Assembly: GCF_000150275.1 (NCBI RefSeq)
Contig: NW_002060949.1
Coordinates: forward strand, 5,817,858-5,881,857
Source of the DNA: Trichoplax adhaerens
Lineage: Eukaryota > Animalia > Placozoa
Reading direction: 5' to 3'
DNA: 64,000 bases
Shown: piece after piece, positions 1 to 14,596 of the stretch
Position numbering within the stretch: position 1 is the first letter of the stretch
Layout of the letters: each line of letters begins with the position of its first letter
Notes under the pieces: generated by a model
The model's database searches: none
What the model was told of the DNA's origin: nothing
What the model saw: only the letters and a program-made list of their open reading frames with translations
Program-made: the position numbers and the translations under genes

Positions 1-1936
1 CCTTTGGCTTTGCTGGAAACTACATGATTGACACATTTAACAAAATACATTCAGAAATATCAAGTGGACAACTTGATGCTTTATCCGAAGTATGGAGTTA
101 GCTACAGACATCATCTAAATTGACTCATTATATATATATATATATATTATATTATAATTCATGCTGTGGTTCATATTCTTCATGTAATTTAATCTTATCC
201 ACAAGCAATTCTTAAGCACCAATTCTTTTACTATATAGCTGCATGGTATCAGCTCTGGTTTAAAAGCGTATACCACTGATACAGCAACGGCTGGTATTGA
301 GGTTTGTCGTCGTGCTTGCGGTGGTCATGGATACTCAAATGCATGTGGCATTCAACATATCTACGCTAATGTGCTACCTTGCGTAACACTGGAAGGCGAA
401 AATACAGTAATGTACTTGCAAGCAGCCAGGTAAAGAACTATTTATTGCAATATATTTCCGCATTTTGGAATATTTTAAATCTATCTGCTTGCTAACGACA
501 TTTATGTTATATTACTGCTGAATCGACTACTAGGTACTTGCTAAAATGTTTCCGCAATCCTGACAAAGCTCCAGATACAATGAATTATCTACGAAACCCA
601 CAAGTATCAGACAAGTGGAAAGTACAGTCACTGCAAGATCTGTCCAATTACGATATGTTAATAACTGCTTTCGAACGTAGAGCGTTGAGGTGCTTAGTCT
701 AATATACGACGTATATGATTTAAACATCTCAATCATATTATAAAACATTATTTATTGTATCATATAGATAATTATAGTAGATTGATACCAAAATAGAGAT
801 ATTTAATAGTTGCTTATAGAAATATAATTGACGTTGTATCTTACTCAGTCCATAAAATTATTATGATCTGCATAAAGTGTAACGCTCTAAAAGCTGTTAT
901 TCCGCTTTCAATTTATCATTAGTAAAGTTATCAGCACGATTAAGAGACTAGAACAACTTCGTCGTAGTGGGATGGACCAAGATGAAGCGTGGAATACAGC
1001 AGGAATAGAACTTGTTCAAGCTGCTAAGGTCGATAGTTACTGTATGATCATATTTATACTTTGTGCCTATATAATTACCTTGGAATGTGTTGACTAGTAC
1101 AGCATTTCGTGTCTTAAATATACCATGAAAGAATTGAAAAAACTTGTAAATTATCTTACAATTGATCGTTGTAATTTATTGTTAGTACTATGCAATAAGG
1201 CTATCATTGATTTCATTCTTTCATATTTATAAATTAAAAATAGTTCTAAGCATAATATTAATTGACACTACTTTAGGCGCATTGTCACTATTTTATTGTA
1301 AAAAATTATTTACGATCATTGGAGAAATTGAATATGACTCCATCTCTACGTAAAGTGATGAATTCAATCGCTCTATTGTATGGAAACTATGGCATAGATG
1401 AAAATGCCGGAGACTTTCTGGAAGTACGTAATATTTGGAGTCTAATCTTTTGCGAATGTTTCATTGTAATACTATAATAGTAGATCTATCAGGGCTATCT
1501 TAACCACTTAATGCAACATTAGAATATAAGCGACCATTTTTAATAATTGACATTTTAATTAATATCTCTAGAGCGGATTTATGACTGGCGAACAACTCAA
1601 TCTTGTAAAAGCTAAAATTTTGCAATTGCTATCGGAGGTCCGACGTAATGCCGTGGCAGTAGTAGATGCATTCGATTTCGACGATAAGTATTTACGCTCA
1701 ATTCTTGGCGCCTATGATGGAGATGTATACAACCGCTTATACAATTGGGCTAAATCATCACCGTTAAATAAAACAGAGGTAGTATTTTACTAGTATGACA
1801 TTCACAAGGAGTAAATTTCTATAATAAATCATTAGAACAATTTTCAAATTTCATCAATTGAAATGATCTTTCTCTAAATCAGGTCCATTCCAGTTATACC
1901 GAGTATCTGCAACAACTGTTGAAAAGCAAGCTCTAA
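1..1936 (+). CDS. ACOX1: Peroxisomal acyl-CoA oxidase 1-like, 3' portion (multi-exon, 5' end outside window)
   Basis: Spliced exons read [10 protein letters not shown]...[13 protein letters not shown]...[18 protein letters not shown] (catalytic Glu motif)...[28 protein letters not shown]. The protein ends KSKL* (PTS1) at TAA 1934-1936. Introns are GT-AG. Confidence 0.93.
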
Positions 1937-4900
1937 CAACGTAAATGTCGAAAAATCCTGAAAAGCTGAGCAAATGCTACTAATAATACATAAATTGCTG
2001 TAATAAAATTAGAATGAATAGTGTAGCTGCAACTGAAAATATTTTACAAAGATATTGCTATCCTTGTAGGAACAAATGTTAACTATATTTTATTTTATTA
2101 AATAAAAATAATTGCAATGATCAGATTCAAATGAAATCCTTATCGTACTGAATAAGTAAACTGTAACTTTTGGATGAGTGACTTTGTTGACCAACTATTA
2201 CAAGTATTTATAACACGCATTACCTGGTAACCATTAGCAATATGATTAATTTCTTATTGTTTACCCTAGGTTAATAAATTAAGTTTTACGAGTTTACTTC
2301 ATATTCTTTCAGCATGATACACTTTTTATTCGTACTTCGGACTCGAGCTGTTGGTTAAAATAGCAAGCTTTATATAAGTGTCATTCTTCAAACAGTGCAT
2401 TTATCTAGTTTAAATCTATTCGTTAACTTTTTTACCCTTTACGCTACCATCATCAGATGTTTTATATTTAAACTTGGGTTGGAGTTGTTGGTTTAAGAAT
2501 AACATCCTTATATTTGTAGTTAGCAATTTAACTCCTCCCATACGCCTAAAGGAATGAGCATACTCAACCTACACAAGTGAAGACTAAAAATTGTCGATAA
2601 CCCTTTATATTATTATACAAATACATTATCCGAATCTTGAACAATAATGGAAACGGTCGATTAGGTAAAGTACAGTATTTATGTCAGTCAATAAACCATC
2701 GGATCTCACGAAACAACATTCCCTACCCCTATTGTATGCGATACTAGCCAAGAATGTTAATATCTTATCCAGTACGAGAGTGTCACTTATAATAATCAAT
2801 TATGCCATCGCTAATTTCAACGAAATAGTAACGATATTCAAATTACTGTAGAAAAATGAGTACGGTATCAAGCCCAGGTTCAATAAACACTTAGTTCATG
2901 CTTCGTCTTCAGTAAAAGAAAGCATATTTACCACAAAATTTCTTATTAGAGAGTGAGTCCATTCGGTTTAAGTTGGTAGACTATGAGGAACCTAATGTGC
3001 TTTACAACGAATAATAGTACACGAATGTATGGAATATTTTCTATGAAATTTTACTTTTTCTATTAATACAGTACAGGAACAAAAAATATTGGATAATAAC
3101 GACACGATGTAATAGCGAAAGTAAATTTTACTTGTTCATAACAATTGTAAATTAACGATACCCCTTTAAATATATGTAGTATATACTGCTGGTTATTGAT
3201 TGAAATTTTCTCCTAATTACTGTTAATTTTAGACAGTCGCTAAAGAATAACATTCAGCTCCTAGAAAAATTTTGCATTGTATTACACACGTAGAAATTTT
3301 CTGTACCTAAAAAGGGGGAATAGACTCCGTTGACATCTATTAACCTTAAAGAATAATTTCGGGTTATCAGTGTTTTAACCCTGGATTCCAATTGCCTCTG
3401 ATCATCTTCACTTTAAATGTAATTATCTAATTAGACATGTAGTGTTTATAAAATTTTGTATATAACAAAAGAATTAGTGTAAAATTCTTTTTAAACTTCA
3501 TTCACTGTATTTGATTCAACAATGTCTTCATTAATTATCTATAATCGAATGAGTTATTAATTATTATAGCAAACTGATCGATCAAAAGTATTATGAACCG
3601 TGTGAAATTGTATTGAAAGTCCGATTATGCCGTTACATTTCAAATTAAAAGTGATTAAAATTAACCAAAATACATATTAAAACCTATCACACTGATATCA
3701 TTCTTGTGAATGGATCTTCCTGACGAAAATCTAACTTATAGCTTAAGATCGAACCTGTCATATATCAAATGCCATTAGATTCATTATATATTGGTTAACG
3801 TAAAACCATCGACAACTGCTGCACCGATAACTCGAATCTTTTGCAACCTGGTTCATTTTCATGCAATTTTTTAATACTATATGATTAATATCTAAAGGGA
3901 ATATTGATTATTTCAATTACACTATCACATCTATCTACGCACAGTGATACACATGCTATAAATTTATCATTAGGAAAGTATTGATAACACCGCAGAATTT
4001 AGGAGAGATTATACCATGAAACTGGATAAATATTGATAAAATTGAAAAAAATTAAATTCTACTGTAAAACAAATATTAATTATTGCTTATAGGGCAATTA
4101 AATTTTTAACGTGTACTTTCCTCTTTAGCCCCTGATATTTACGTTTTATTATGAAATGTAAAATGAATTTTATTGCTATAACTAACCTCCAATAATTAAA
4201 TAATATATTCTTTTCGTTATCAATATGAGTATATAATTATATATATAATGAAAAGCTATTTGTAGAGAGACAATTGATATCAATACCGGCTAGAAGTAGA
4301 AAAAAAGTCTTCCAATTTTCTCAGCAATGAATTGTGTGAATAGAAGTCGATTATGTCTTGCTGTCTAGTGGAATGTGATAGAACAAGTAAAATGAAATAA
4401 TTTTAGTAATATATCGGTTAAAAAATGGTTAGTAACATGACAATATCGAAAGTAGAGAGTCATTCAATCCAGAAATTCTCACTCTACTGTGCTAATCATC
4501 ATATGTCATCACATTACAAAAAATTCTTTAGAGTTGGTAATTTTAATTCCAATAAATTTTATAGCCAATTTAATAAAATTGTCCTATGTACAAGTATTCC
4601 GTTAGACTTAAGAATTCTTAGAACTGATCATAGCATAAATATTAGGAATTAGTTAGCTATCGATATGAAAAATAATTACTTATAAATTAACTTACAAGGT
4701 AACTTTAATCTTGAAGTTATAAATAAGTCATTTAGGTATTAATGAGTCCGCTATTAAATTTAAACTGATCGACATTAAGAAAGAAAATTCCATACTGATT
4801 CAGAATATCAATCATTGCGGTTAGCAGTGAGCACGAAATGATTAAAATTCTTCTAAACTTTATCCAAGAAAGCGACTTCAATATTAAACCGCTCTAATAT

Positions 4901-7375
4901 CTATATATACACGTATATACAGTTGACCGAAAACTATATTAACAGTCCTACCTTGCATTAGATAGATGCCGATCGATATAAAGCTTCAGTAACTAGAAGA
5001 TTTATCGTAATAATCGCTAATAAACCTCGAAATGATCGAAGTCCTTCTAGAAAGTATCTCAGAAAGAGGCTGTGACATAAAGAGTAACCCTAGCAGTTTT
5101 CCGGAAAGCCCCGTAGTAAATACCCTTTTCCCGTCTTGGATCGATATTGATCCATATGAAATATTAATAATGTTAGGTGTTAAGCTTTAAAGAGTTAAAG
5201 AATTCAAAAGAGGATTTCGCTATGAAGGCAATTTATTTTGCTGATCTTAATCTAATTCTACGCGCAATACATGTGCCCTTATTACTGCGTTTATCATTAA
5301 TAAATAGGACAGCTGAAGATCCCTTTTAAATCTAAATAGGAATATTAAACTATAAATAGTACCTTCCGATTTATTTATTTATCGAATTTGCACATCTTGA
5401 TGACTCTTTTAATACTCAGTCATTTAGAGCTAGCAAATAGTGCAGTAAACAGTTTTTCTATCAGGGGAAATTATTGAAAAAAATACATGCGTTTTATTGA
5501 TTACTGTACCTTTGCAAGAAGTAATATAACCAATATAAAACAGCCGATTACTATAAATATGATAGCAGGAAAGATATGTGACCTAGGCTAGAATTCAATC
5601 TTGGAAAATAGTGACAGATTTATGGCATAATGTATGGTATATTATGAAAAATCGAATGACAGCTACATCAGTAAGAATAATATTTAGTCGACGATTAAAA
5701 TTTCTATTAATTCATTTTTCCATATGTGATATTAGTATTTAAACGCAAAATACGATAGTCATTTCTTAATAATGGTTGCTATTCAACTTTAAGAACTAAA
5801 AAAGAGAAATACCCACACAGTGGTGGTACTGATATCATACATGAATAGAATTTAGAAATAGAGAGTAAATAAATTCCAGGCTTTATCGCTTATGTAACGA
5901 GAAAAGGAAGAATATTTGTAAATGTAAGCCAGGATATGTCGAAAATTGGTGCTAATTAATTAATTATTATGTACCATGGATAAATATTGAAATTGTGCAT
6001 TCATTTAGAGATCATTTATAGTGCATTTTAATACTCTAGGAATTTTTCGATATAGTTTTTGTGCTACTAACATAGCTAATAAAAACTTTCCTGCTAGGTA
6101 TAGTTACAGTTATGATGAAATTATATTATTCTGTTTGCAAGCTTAAAACTCTACAGTTACGTAATGAATTTCCAGCGAAGATTAATTCGATTAGATTGTG
6201 ATGAAATCATAATGTTACGATATATGTACAACTTAATCAAGTTTAAATGATATCGTTAACAATGAGTTCTCAGCGAAAAATTATCTAATACAGAGCTATA
6301 AGTGCTTAATTATCATAGAGAGGAAAGAGAGAAGAGAACATAAAGCGACTGTCGAATCTAAAGCTACGGTATATTAGTCTACGATGATCGATTCATTTTT
6401 AATGGATAGGAAGGTTTAAATTATCATCATATTAATATGATCGGCATAGAGCAATTATATAGATAATCTAACAGAATTAATTATAATGACAAATGAAGTA
6501 TGAAATTGATTCGATATGGCTAAATTTTTAATGTTAATCTATCCTCCATATTATTCTCTCCTACGCCTATCATCACTTTCTTTCACTTTTCGTGGCTGGC
6601 TAATTTAAGAGAATAATTAATCGATATTAGGCTATCGATTATCGTTGTTCATAATAGCATACAAAATTAATTAATTAATGATGGAGCTTTGAGATAGACT
6701 TACTGCTATTGCGATATCATTTTATGCTCAAAAATAGAAAAACTGAATCGATTAAGATCGCTAGTATACGATCGGTAATAGTGTACAAATAGAGCAAAAG
6801 TTTCCATGACATCTTACTCAATCTCATTGTAAAATAATGAATCTATAAAAAAATTTAAATAATGTAGCAGGGTAAGTTATAACTTCTATGGAAGAGTTAA
6901 AGTTGATTGAACTAGAGCCTTGACTTGCAATCATCCAGTTAAAATAGATTCGATTAAAAACCTTTCTATGTTAACTTGCCATCATTATATCAATATAGTT
7001 AGACATATTATTCTGTGCAGAATGATTGCTTACTATAATATTTAATTAGTCAAAACGTAGATGAAATGAATTAAGCGTGTATGTAATAAAGGAGTAGAGC
7101 AAAAATAACGGTTTAAATTCATCGGTTGAGACAAAATTAAGACGAAATAATCCTACAGCACTAACAGATAGCATTATTCTGTTTTGGAAGTAAATGGTAC
7201 GGATAAGAGTTGTCATGATCTATTGCATACCAATCCATAATGCATTCTTTCCTACTTCCTTTCCTACGATAGGGAATACTGCAATTTGTTTAATATTTAA
7301 AAAGCCATGGATAATGACGGTTTGTATTCTATCATAATAGAAGGCCAATGTATTCGTTGTCGTTGTTGAAGAAAA

Positions 7376-8335
7376 TTAAGGAGTCTTAATTTGAGGTAAA
7401 TGCATTTTGGAATTTTCTGCTGTTGTTCGAACCGCCATAAACGGTAATGCTAACTTAGCACGTTGTTCACCTTGAGCATAAGAAGATCTTCTAAAATACC
7501 TTTTCGATTTATCAGGATCGGAAACAATTTCATGGATGGCTGGATTATTCTTCATTCCATATAGCTTTTCAGCTGATTTTCTCCTTATGTAATGGATGTC
7601 TCGTACTTTTTTCTCTCGAGATACTTCCGATCCTATGGTGGAACTACGTGGTCGAGCAAGTAAGAATTTTTCATCCATTTCAGCGGTTAAATGATTAACT
7701 TGAGAATTGATAATCTTATTATTAGTATCGGTGACGGTGACTGTAGTTGTTGTTTCTTTTGCAGTTGGTGATGTTGTTTCTTTTTGATTCGGAGATGATG
7801 TTTCTCTTCGATTTAGAGATTGATTAAGAGACGAGGATCTAGGTATCCCTTTACCTAGGCTATGAAGTCGTTGTCTAGAGCGACCAGTTGAATTACTTCT
7901 TGGTCGGACTTTTGCCTCTTCTTCATTATTCAATGATGGATCAGACGTTGTCCTATCAGCAATAGCATGATTTACTATATCAGGATTCGATGCATAATTG
8001 CTATTGCTACCGCGTCTTGATGAATATTTGGCGCATGTAACATTGCTATTAGCAACGACCATACTTTGCGATCGAGGTCTCATCATAGCAGATGATTTAT
8101 CTTGGCTAGTTCCAGCAATCGCTGCTACTGCTTTAACACTTCGAAGTAGACTGGCTTTCTCTTTAGCCATTTTTTTTTTTAAGGCTTGAGTATTCTTATC
8201 ATATTTCTCTAGTTGTTTTTGTAATTGCCTATCATATAAACTATTCATGGATAGGATCTCATCGGAATATTCGCTCCTAGAACGGACAACGCTAACTGGC
8301 ATATTTTTCAATGTTAGTGATGACCGAACACTCAT
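7376..8335 (-). CDS. Uncharacterised 319-aa Ser/Arg/Thr-rich protein with N-terminal coiled coil (single coding exon)
   Basis: 960-nt open frame in AT-rich DNA where random ORFs are under ~130 aa. It has a heptad-like segment LYDRQLQKQLEKYDKNTQALKKKMAKEK and repeated RPRSxS/T motifs. No family recognised. Confidence 0.75.
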   Translation of the reverse strand: MSVRSSLTLKNMPVSVVRSRSEYSDEILSMNSLYDRQLQKQLEKYDKNTQALKKKMAKEKASLLRSVKAVAAIAGTSQDKSSAMMRPRSQSMVVANSNVTCAKYSSRRGSNSNYASNPDIVNHAIADRTTSDPSLNNEEEAKVRPRSNSTGRSRQRLHSLGKGIPRSSSLNQSLNRRETSSPNQKETTSPTAKETTTTVTVTDTNNKIINSQVNHLTAEMDEKFLLARPRSSTIGSEVSREKKVRDIHYIRRKSAEKLYGMKNNPAIHEIVSDPDKSKRYFRRSSYAQGEQRAKLALPFMAVRTTAENSKMHLPQIKTP

Positions 8336-11300
8336 GATTTTTCTTGTGTGGTAATATCAATGCAATCAATAAATTCTACTTGACTTTTAGAATTGATTCT
8401 TTCTGTCTTACACGATTGAAAATTTTTTCTTTAATAGTCTATCAATTTGTATAATCAAGACAAAATAATCATAATGATCAATGCTTAAAGGCATTGACTA
8501 CTTGTTTAATCAATTGAAATACTGAACCCCATAAATTAATCATTAATTTAGTGTAGCTAAAATGAATTAGCTGATCAATACGGGGGGACAAGAAGCGAGA
8601 GAACTGGATGGCTTAGTGGCCAATCTTGTCGGTAGTATTATTCCCTAGTAAAAGATGAAAGAAAAATCAACAAGCGAAATGATTTCATTCGTAAACACAA
8701 CATTGACTATGTAAAAAAGAGAAGAAAAGAGAGAGAAAATAGGCCAACTTTCAATATATGAATTAATCCAGATCGGAAAAAAAAAAAAATAGACTGATCG
8801 AGTCAGAACTCATGACAACATTATGGCTATCCTCAATTCAAAGTAGTTCAACATAAATCCACGACTGATTTAAACTCGTGAATTGGAAATTGAAATTACT
8901 TTTAATGATCTGTCGACGATGGTAGCTGAATGTTAGCGATAATAGGTCGGTGAAATAGCAGATATTGACTATCAGGTTGGACAGGGGAAAAGCGAAGGAG
9001 GAATGAAATGAACGTATTATGACTGATGATTTCTTCTATAACCACTGACTTTCATTGAATATTCATGCAAAAATAAAACCTTAATACAATCAATATGTTG
9101 ATGACTTCTTTAAATGCTAATCAAATCCAACTTCTGTTATGTTTTATACGTACATCATTTCCAAATCAGACTATTGTCGGCTAGCATTCAAATTTACTCA
9201 ACTATTATTATCTTTCAACTTCGTTTAAATAGGCAGCAACAATGGTGGGTGTTATTGATCAACCCGACTTAAGATCCAGCCTTTTATTTCCGTTGATAGT
9301 GACAGCATGACTTCCTTTTGAATTAAAATTGCCAACATGTATTGACAAAAATAGAATAACATACTGTCCTATTCTCATAGTGAATAGTTAGAAAATGAAA
9401 TAAAATGTTGGGGATTGATTGAAGCGCCTTGGTAAATATTCTTTCGAGTCGAGATTAAATTTTGATCAGGCCATGTTGCGAAAGTATTTTCCACTAAAAT
9501 CTATAAACTCTTACTTATATTGCCGTATATGATGATGAGTAGTTTCTATCTTATTGATGGAATATGGTCAACTATCCATGATCGATTGTAGAATTTTCTC
9601 TTCTATTGAAATAGACAACGAGTCAAAGGAAAAAACAAGTAAACTAGAATAAAAGTATAGAATAAGGTTAATGTTAGCAACAGAAGAATACATCATGACA
9701 GGGCAATATAAAGGATCACCATGTAATTTGATATCATGTTGATCAATTCAATGCGTTACTTGACGACTATAGACGGCGAACTGTGAATTTCTTTCTATTC
9801 ATGTTGAATTTCTATGACTTGAATTGAGTTTTTCTACTTTCTTCCTCGTAAATTGATCTTTTTAACCTTAGTCAACGTCTATGCCCAAATAGAATGATTT
9901 ATTCTAGGTGAGAAAAATATGGATAAAGAATAAACTACCGTAATCGATTGTCCTATTAAATTAACTATCCATTACAATAAACATGGAACTATTCTGGTCG
10001 AAATTATCCAATTTTCTACCCATTCATTCATTTGATGCTACTATAGATTTTATTGACAGTGTCGGATAGTAACGAGAGATTAAATTTTACCTTGGAACTC
10101 AGCTTAAATTATTCTAAAATTCATTTATGAATTCTTCTATGATCGGAGATTGTTACTACTAAATAGTTGATCGATGATTAAATATTCTAGCGTTCATTCT
10201 AATATTTGGACACGGTTGAAACATATACAAAACCTTTGCTTCATAAAGGAAATAGTAATGTGAAAAATTGGACTATTTCAATTTTCTCATACACCTTTGA
10301 AAAAGTAATACAAAACTTGTGCTTCATATTAGGAAAATATCAATGTGAAAAATAAAAAGTCGAATATTTAAACTTCTTATACACTACTGAAAAAGAATAT
10401 AAAACTTCTAGACAATACTAGCAATGATAGAAGTCTCTGGACGATAATAATTCATTGAGGGTGCGGTACATAAAAGATGCAGATCAAGTAGATAATTTTA
10501 ATCAAATATTTGCAGGATTAAACAATTATAGGCAATAAAATCTTTCCATTCCAATTCAAGCTTAAATTGCACTTATAATATTAAAGGTTGTAGAATAAAT
10601 AAGTGAAATTAGATTTTCAATCGATTTTCTCTTCCGATTTTTAACGTTTAGCCAATATATTATGTTGGTTATTGTTGAACGGAAGGAGAATTCATTTAGA
10701 ATTCATTTAGCGGTAAAATGTTTTCCTTCCGATTCTCATTGGATTGTACAATATCTAGGATAGGGTTAAGTGAAAGATTAAAAAATTATTGATGAAATTG
10801 GATCGAGTTTATCAACTCTTTTCCTTATGATTCAGACTCTTAGACTGCAATATTTCGCTTATTTCCTAAATGCAAAGTAGCATCAACGATTTCTCATAGG
10901 TTTATCCTAGAAAGAAAATAAATAGAATACAATAGATCCTTTCATTACCAAAGACATGCAGATATTGATATCATTGAATAGAAAGGATGAGAAGGAATAG
11001 CATAGTATTACATCACTTCGATCTACTATAAATTAAATATTATGAGAATTTTCAATGATAGGCAATCGCTGATAGTGATACCCCCATTTTTATTGCTAGG
11101 AAATAATCGATAACTGATGGCTAATAATAATAATAACATTTTATTACTAGGAAATAACTAAATGATGATAAACTTTATTCTTTTATTGCAAGTTACAAAT
11201 AGATTGATGGTAGCTGAATGGATTAATGCATAGTAGACATTGGTTTTTTACCATAGCCTCGTTGGCTATATTAATTCCTCAATGATCATCAAAACAGGAA

Positions 11301-14300
11301 ACAAAATAGACGATACTCATCGTGGAAGCTCGATTAATTCATCTATAGTATACCAGTTGCTGATATCATTACCATTTTTCTAGGCTACGGTATTATTCCC
11401 TATAAATAGGAATAAATCAAAATAAAAATGATCCACTAATCGCATTATAATTAATTTACCCTTATAGTGCTCAAATTGGCACTGTATTACATTATGATGT
11501 AAATTAATGTTATACCTTTTCTTGACTATAGTACTAGCTGAACAAAGTAAGAATACTCTCTAATTCACATAGTATTCCTAAAGTCAATACATGATTGTCC
11601 ATGATTGATTCCAATTTGTGCAATTAAATCAAGAATAGAATCAATTCTCTATTTAGGTCTATTTCTTTCGATATACCATACCGATCAAATAATAGTCTGA
11701 TTTCTACCAATTCAATAATGATGACATGATGACTTTTCATGATGAGTTTATACTCTAGGGATGATCCAGATGGTTTCATATCATTGGATAGCAATTCTAT
11801 TTCTGTTAATGTCTTAATCAATAAATGAAATTATTGTATTTATTTTCTCTAGATAACATAAATTTTTTAAAATAAGTACTCATACTTCTATTTATTCTGA
11901 AGAATGGAAATAATGCTCGCATTTGTTATGTTTATCATCGGCTTAGTCAATAATATTTTTAAAATTGTCTGCAAGGTAATAATCAAGAAGTAGTATTAAC
12001 AATAAATGCTTAAAGAATCCAAATTTCTCTCCCTTATCACACTTGATTTCCAAATAATATCGGATAATACCGCAAAATACTCCTAGTTATTAATATTACA
12101 TATACTTCATTCGATCTTGATAATTACTATTGGTTATTAAATTATTTTTACCATCATGTCTCTGCATATTCTTTGTTATTTGTTGATCTATCTTTCGTTT
12201 TTATATTATTTTAATGCTAACTTTAATATTCATAATACTACAGATGCATTAATAACCAAATCTTCGTTCTTCAATTTCTTTAAAAAATAATATCAGGTAA
12301 TGCCATAGATACTCCTAATAGGTAGTATTAACGCTTAAGAATCTTTCTTAAACGGTGGCCATTCTAAACTTAATAAATTTCATTTGGTCGTTATTTGATG
12401 GGATTATACATAACTGTATCTTTTGGTATTTTATTATTATGATGCTAACTTACTGTAAGTATCCTACATATCAAATTATTATTAATTTCAAGAGAAAATG
12501 ACTTTAAAAGTTACATAATTGTATCTCCTAATAGCTATAATTATAAATTCTTTCATATGAACTACAGAGGTTGGCTACAACAAGATATTTATTTAATAAC
12601 TAGCATAAAAAAACATCCGTTTAAAGAATGAGACACTAACATAAAATATTATCTGATTGGATCTAGATGATGTAAAATCATATAATTCAATCTGCTGCAA
12701 CTGTCTGTATAAGGTTATAGTATATAACAATAATGCTATACACAAAAGGTTATAGCTATAAAATATTCCCGACAGGTTATTTTTATAAATATTTATGCCA
12801 TTAAATAAAAGTACTTTGCGTAAACGTAGCAAAAGCAGCCATTCAATTATATAAAAGTAGAAATAGTAAGAGAGCGATTGTATGGACATTTCATAATACC
12901 GGTCCTACAATGCAAATGGAGATGAAATAAATAACTTTCAGAATCTAAGTAACTATAAATTATTGTAAAAACTTAACTATAGGGCTATTAGTTGGACCAT
13001 ATTACTATGAAATGGCCGTCGCTTTCTTTATCATTCTCTGATCGAGCTGCTGTTGCACTTTCATCAAATTTACGAAGAGTAAATCATTCCGTTCTTGAAC
13101 TGTTAACACTTACTGGTAGTAAGTTAGTAATATAAATGCATTCTCTATTATACTAGATGGAGATCCTAAATTAAAGACAATTTTAAATGTAGTTCAACAT
13201 CACTACAGTGCTTACTCCTGGTATGAGAGTTCATTTTATGATCTACGATACGTAATGCTTAATATTTGGAATAGTAACCTACTATGCCGCAAAGATATGC
13301 TAAACTATTGTGCCTGTAACTAAATACAAACCTTACTATAATTAGGAAAATTTCATATCATGGTGTAAATATAAAATAGTATAGACAGAATACAGTCTTA
13401 ATAATACTCATATAACGAGATCGCTATAAAATCTACTCCATAGGTGAAGAAATCATTTAATTTTCAGGTTACAACAGATTTGTATACGTAGTTCGCATTT
13501 GTATTATCCAAATGTTGTAGCGACTTTTATATATACATCAAATGGCGTGGAGATATAATACTTGAATGATCGAATGCAACTTAAAAAAATTGGCGTTAAT
13601 AACAATAATAATAATAATCAAACTTAAAGCTATCGTAGTGCTGTATATCTATTTATCGAAACGGACGTAAAAATAATTAATGATATCTACAGTAAGAATA
13701 AGTAATTATAAACCATTTGTGTAATGGAACATTAAAGATCAGTATTCAACGAGTTACAATGTCGTATTGTGACAAATAAGAAATAAATACCTTAATTAAC
13801 ATGACATACTAATAAGATTCTTCACACACAAAAATACCCTTCATTAAGCAGAAATAAATTGAAGGTATCAAATCAACTGTTCCGTCTGTAATCTATTTAA
13901 ATAACAGCGTAAAAACGAAATATTTGTATAGTTGTGTCTACATAAATTATTGCATAATGAGGCCGTCTAGCTGTCTTGAAGGTGACATCTACCCATGACG
14001 TTTGTTCTCTATTGCGATAATAGATCAACAGGAAGCAGAAATAATATAAAACAACATTATCATTTACACTTTTCCATCATAATGTAACAACTACGTTCAA
14101 CATGACGTCAATTTTTAAACCAATTTCCTCACAATGTACCCAATCAAACTAACGCTGTTATGATACGTCATGTGAAATATCAGTTTGCTATCTCTGTTAT
14201 AATGCAGTAGAAGTATTTCCTTTCATAAATACATACATAACGAAAGATTAATAAGATATACATGTACTGTACGTACAAAAAACAACAATGCCAGTTAATA

Positions 14301-14596
14301 CGGTGTAATCATCCTAATGGGTACTAGTAGCTTAATAGTAAAATTGATCAAGTATTCATTTAATGTAATTAAATTTAAACATTTTTTCCTGCAGAAATTC
14401 GGCTACATTGTAAACAACACAGTTTAAAAGTTAATATGTAGGTACAGTTGTAAAAGTGGTCTGATCTGTAATTTATTCATTGAAATAATATTAATTTACG
14501 ATTATTCTATCATACGAGTACTACATCAGAAATTCGCATTAGCTGTTTACAATTAAGCTACGTCATTCACTTTAGGTTTAATATTGATCAATAAAG

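Noticed and set aside
12990-13250. Exon-like GC-richer patch with splice-like sites on both strands
   Set aside because: No consistent multi-exon frame or recognisable protein could be assembled.
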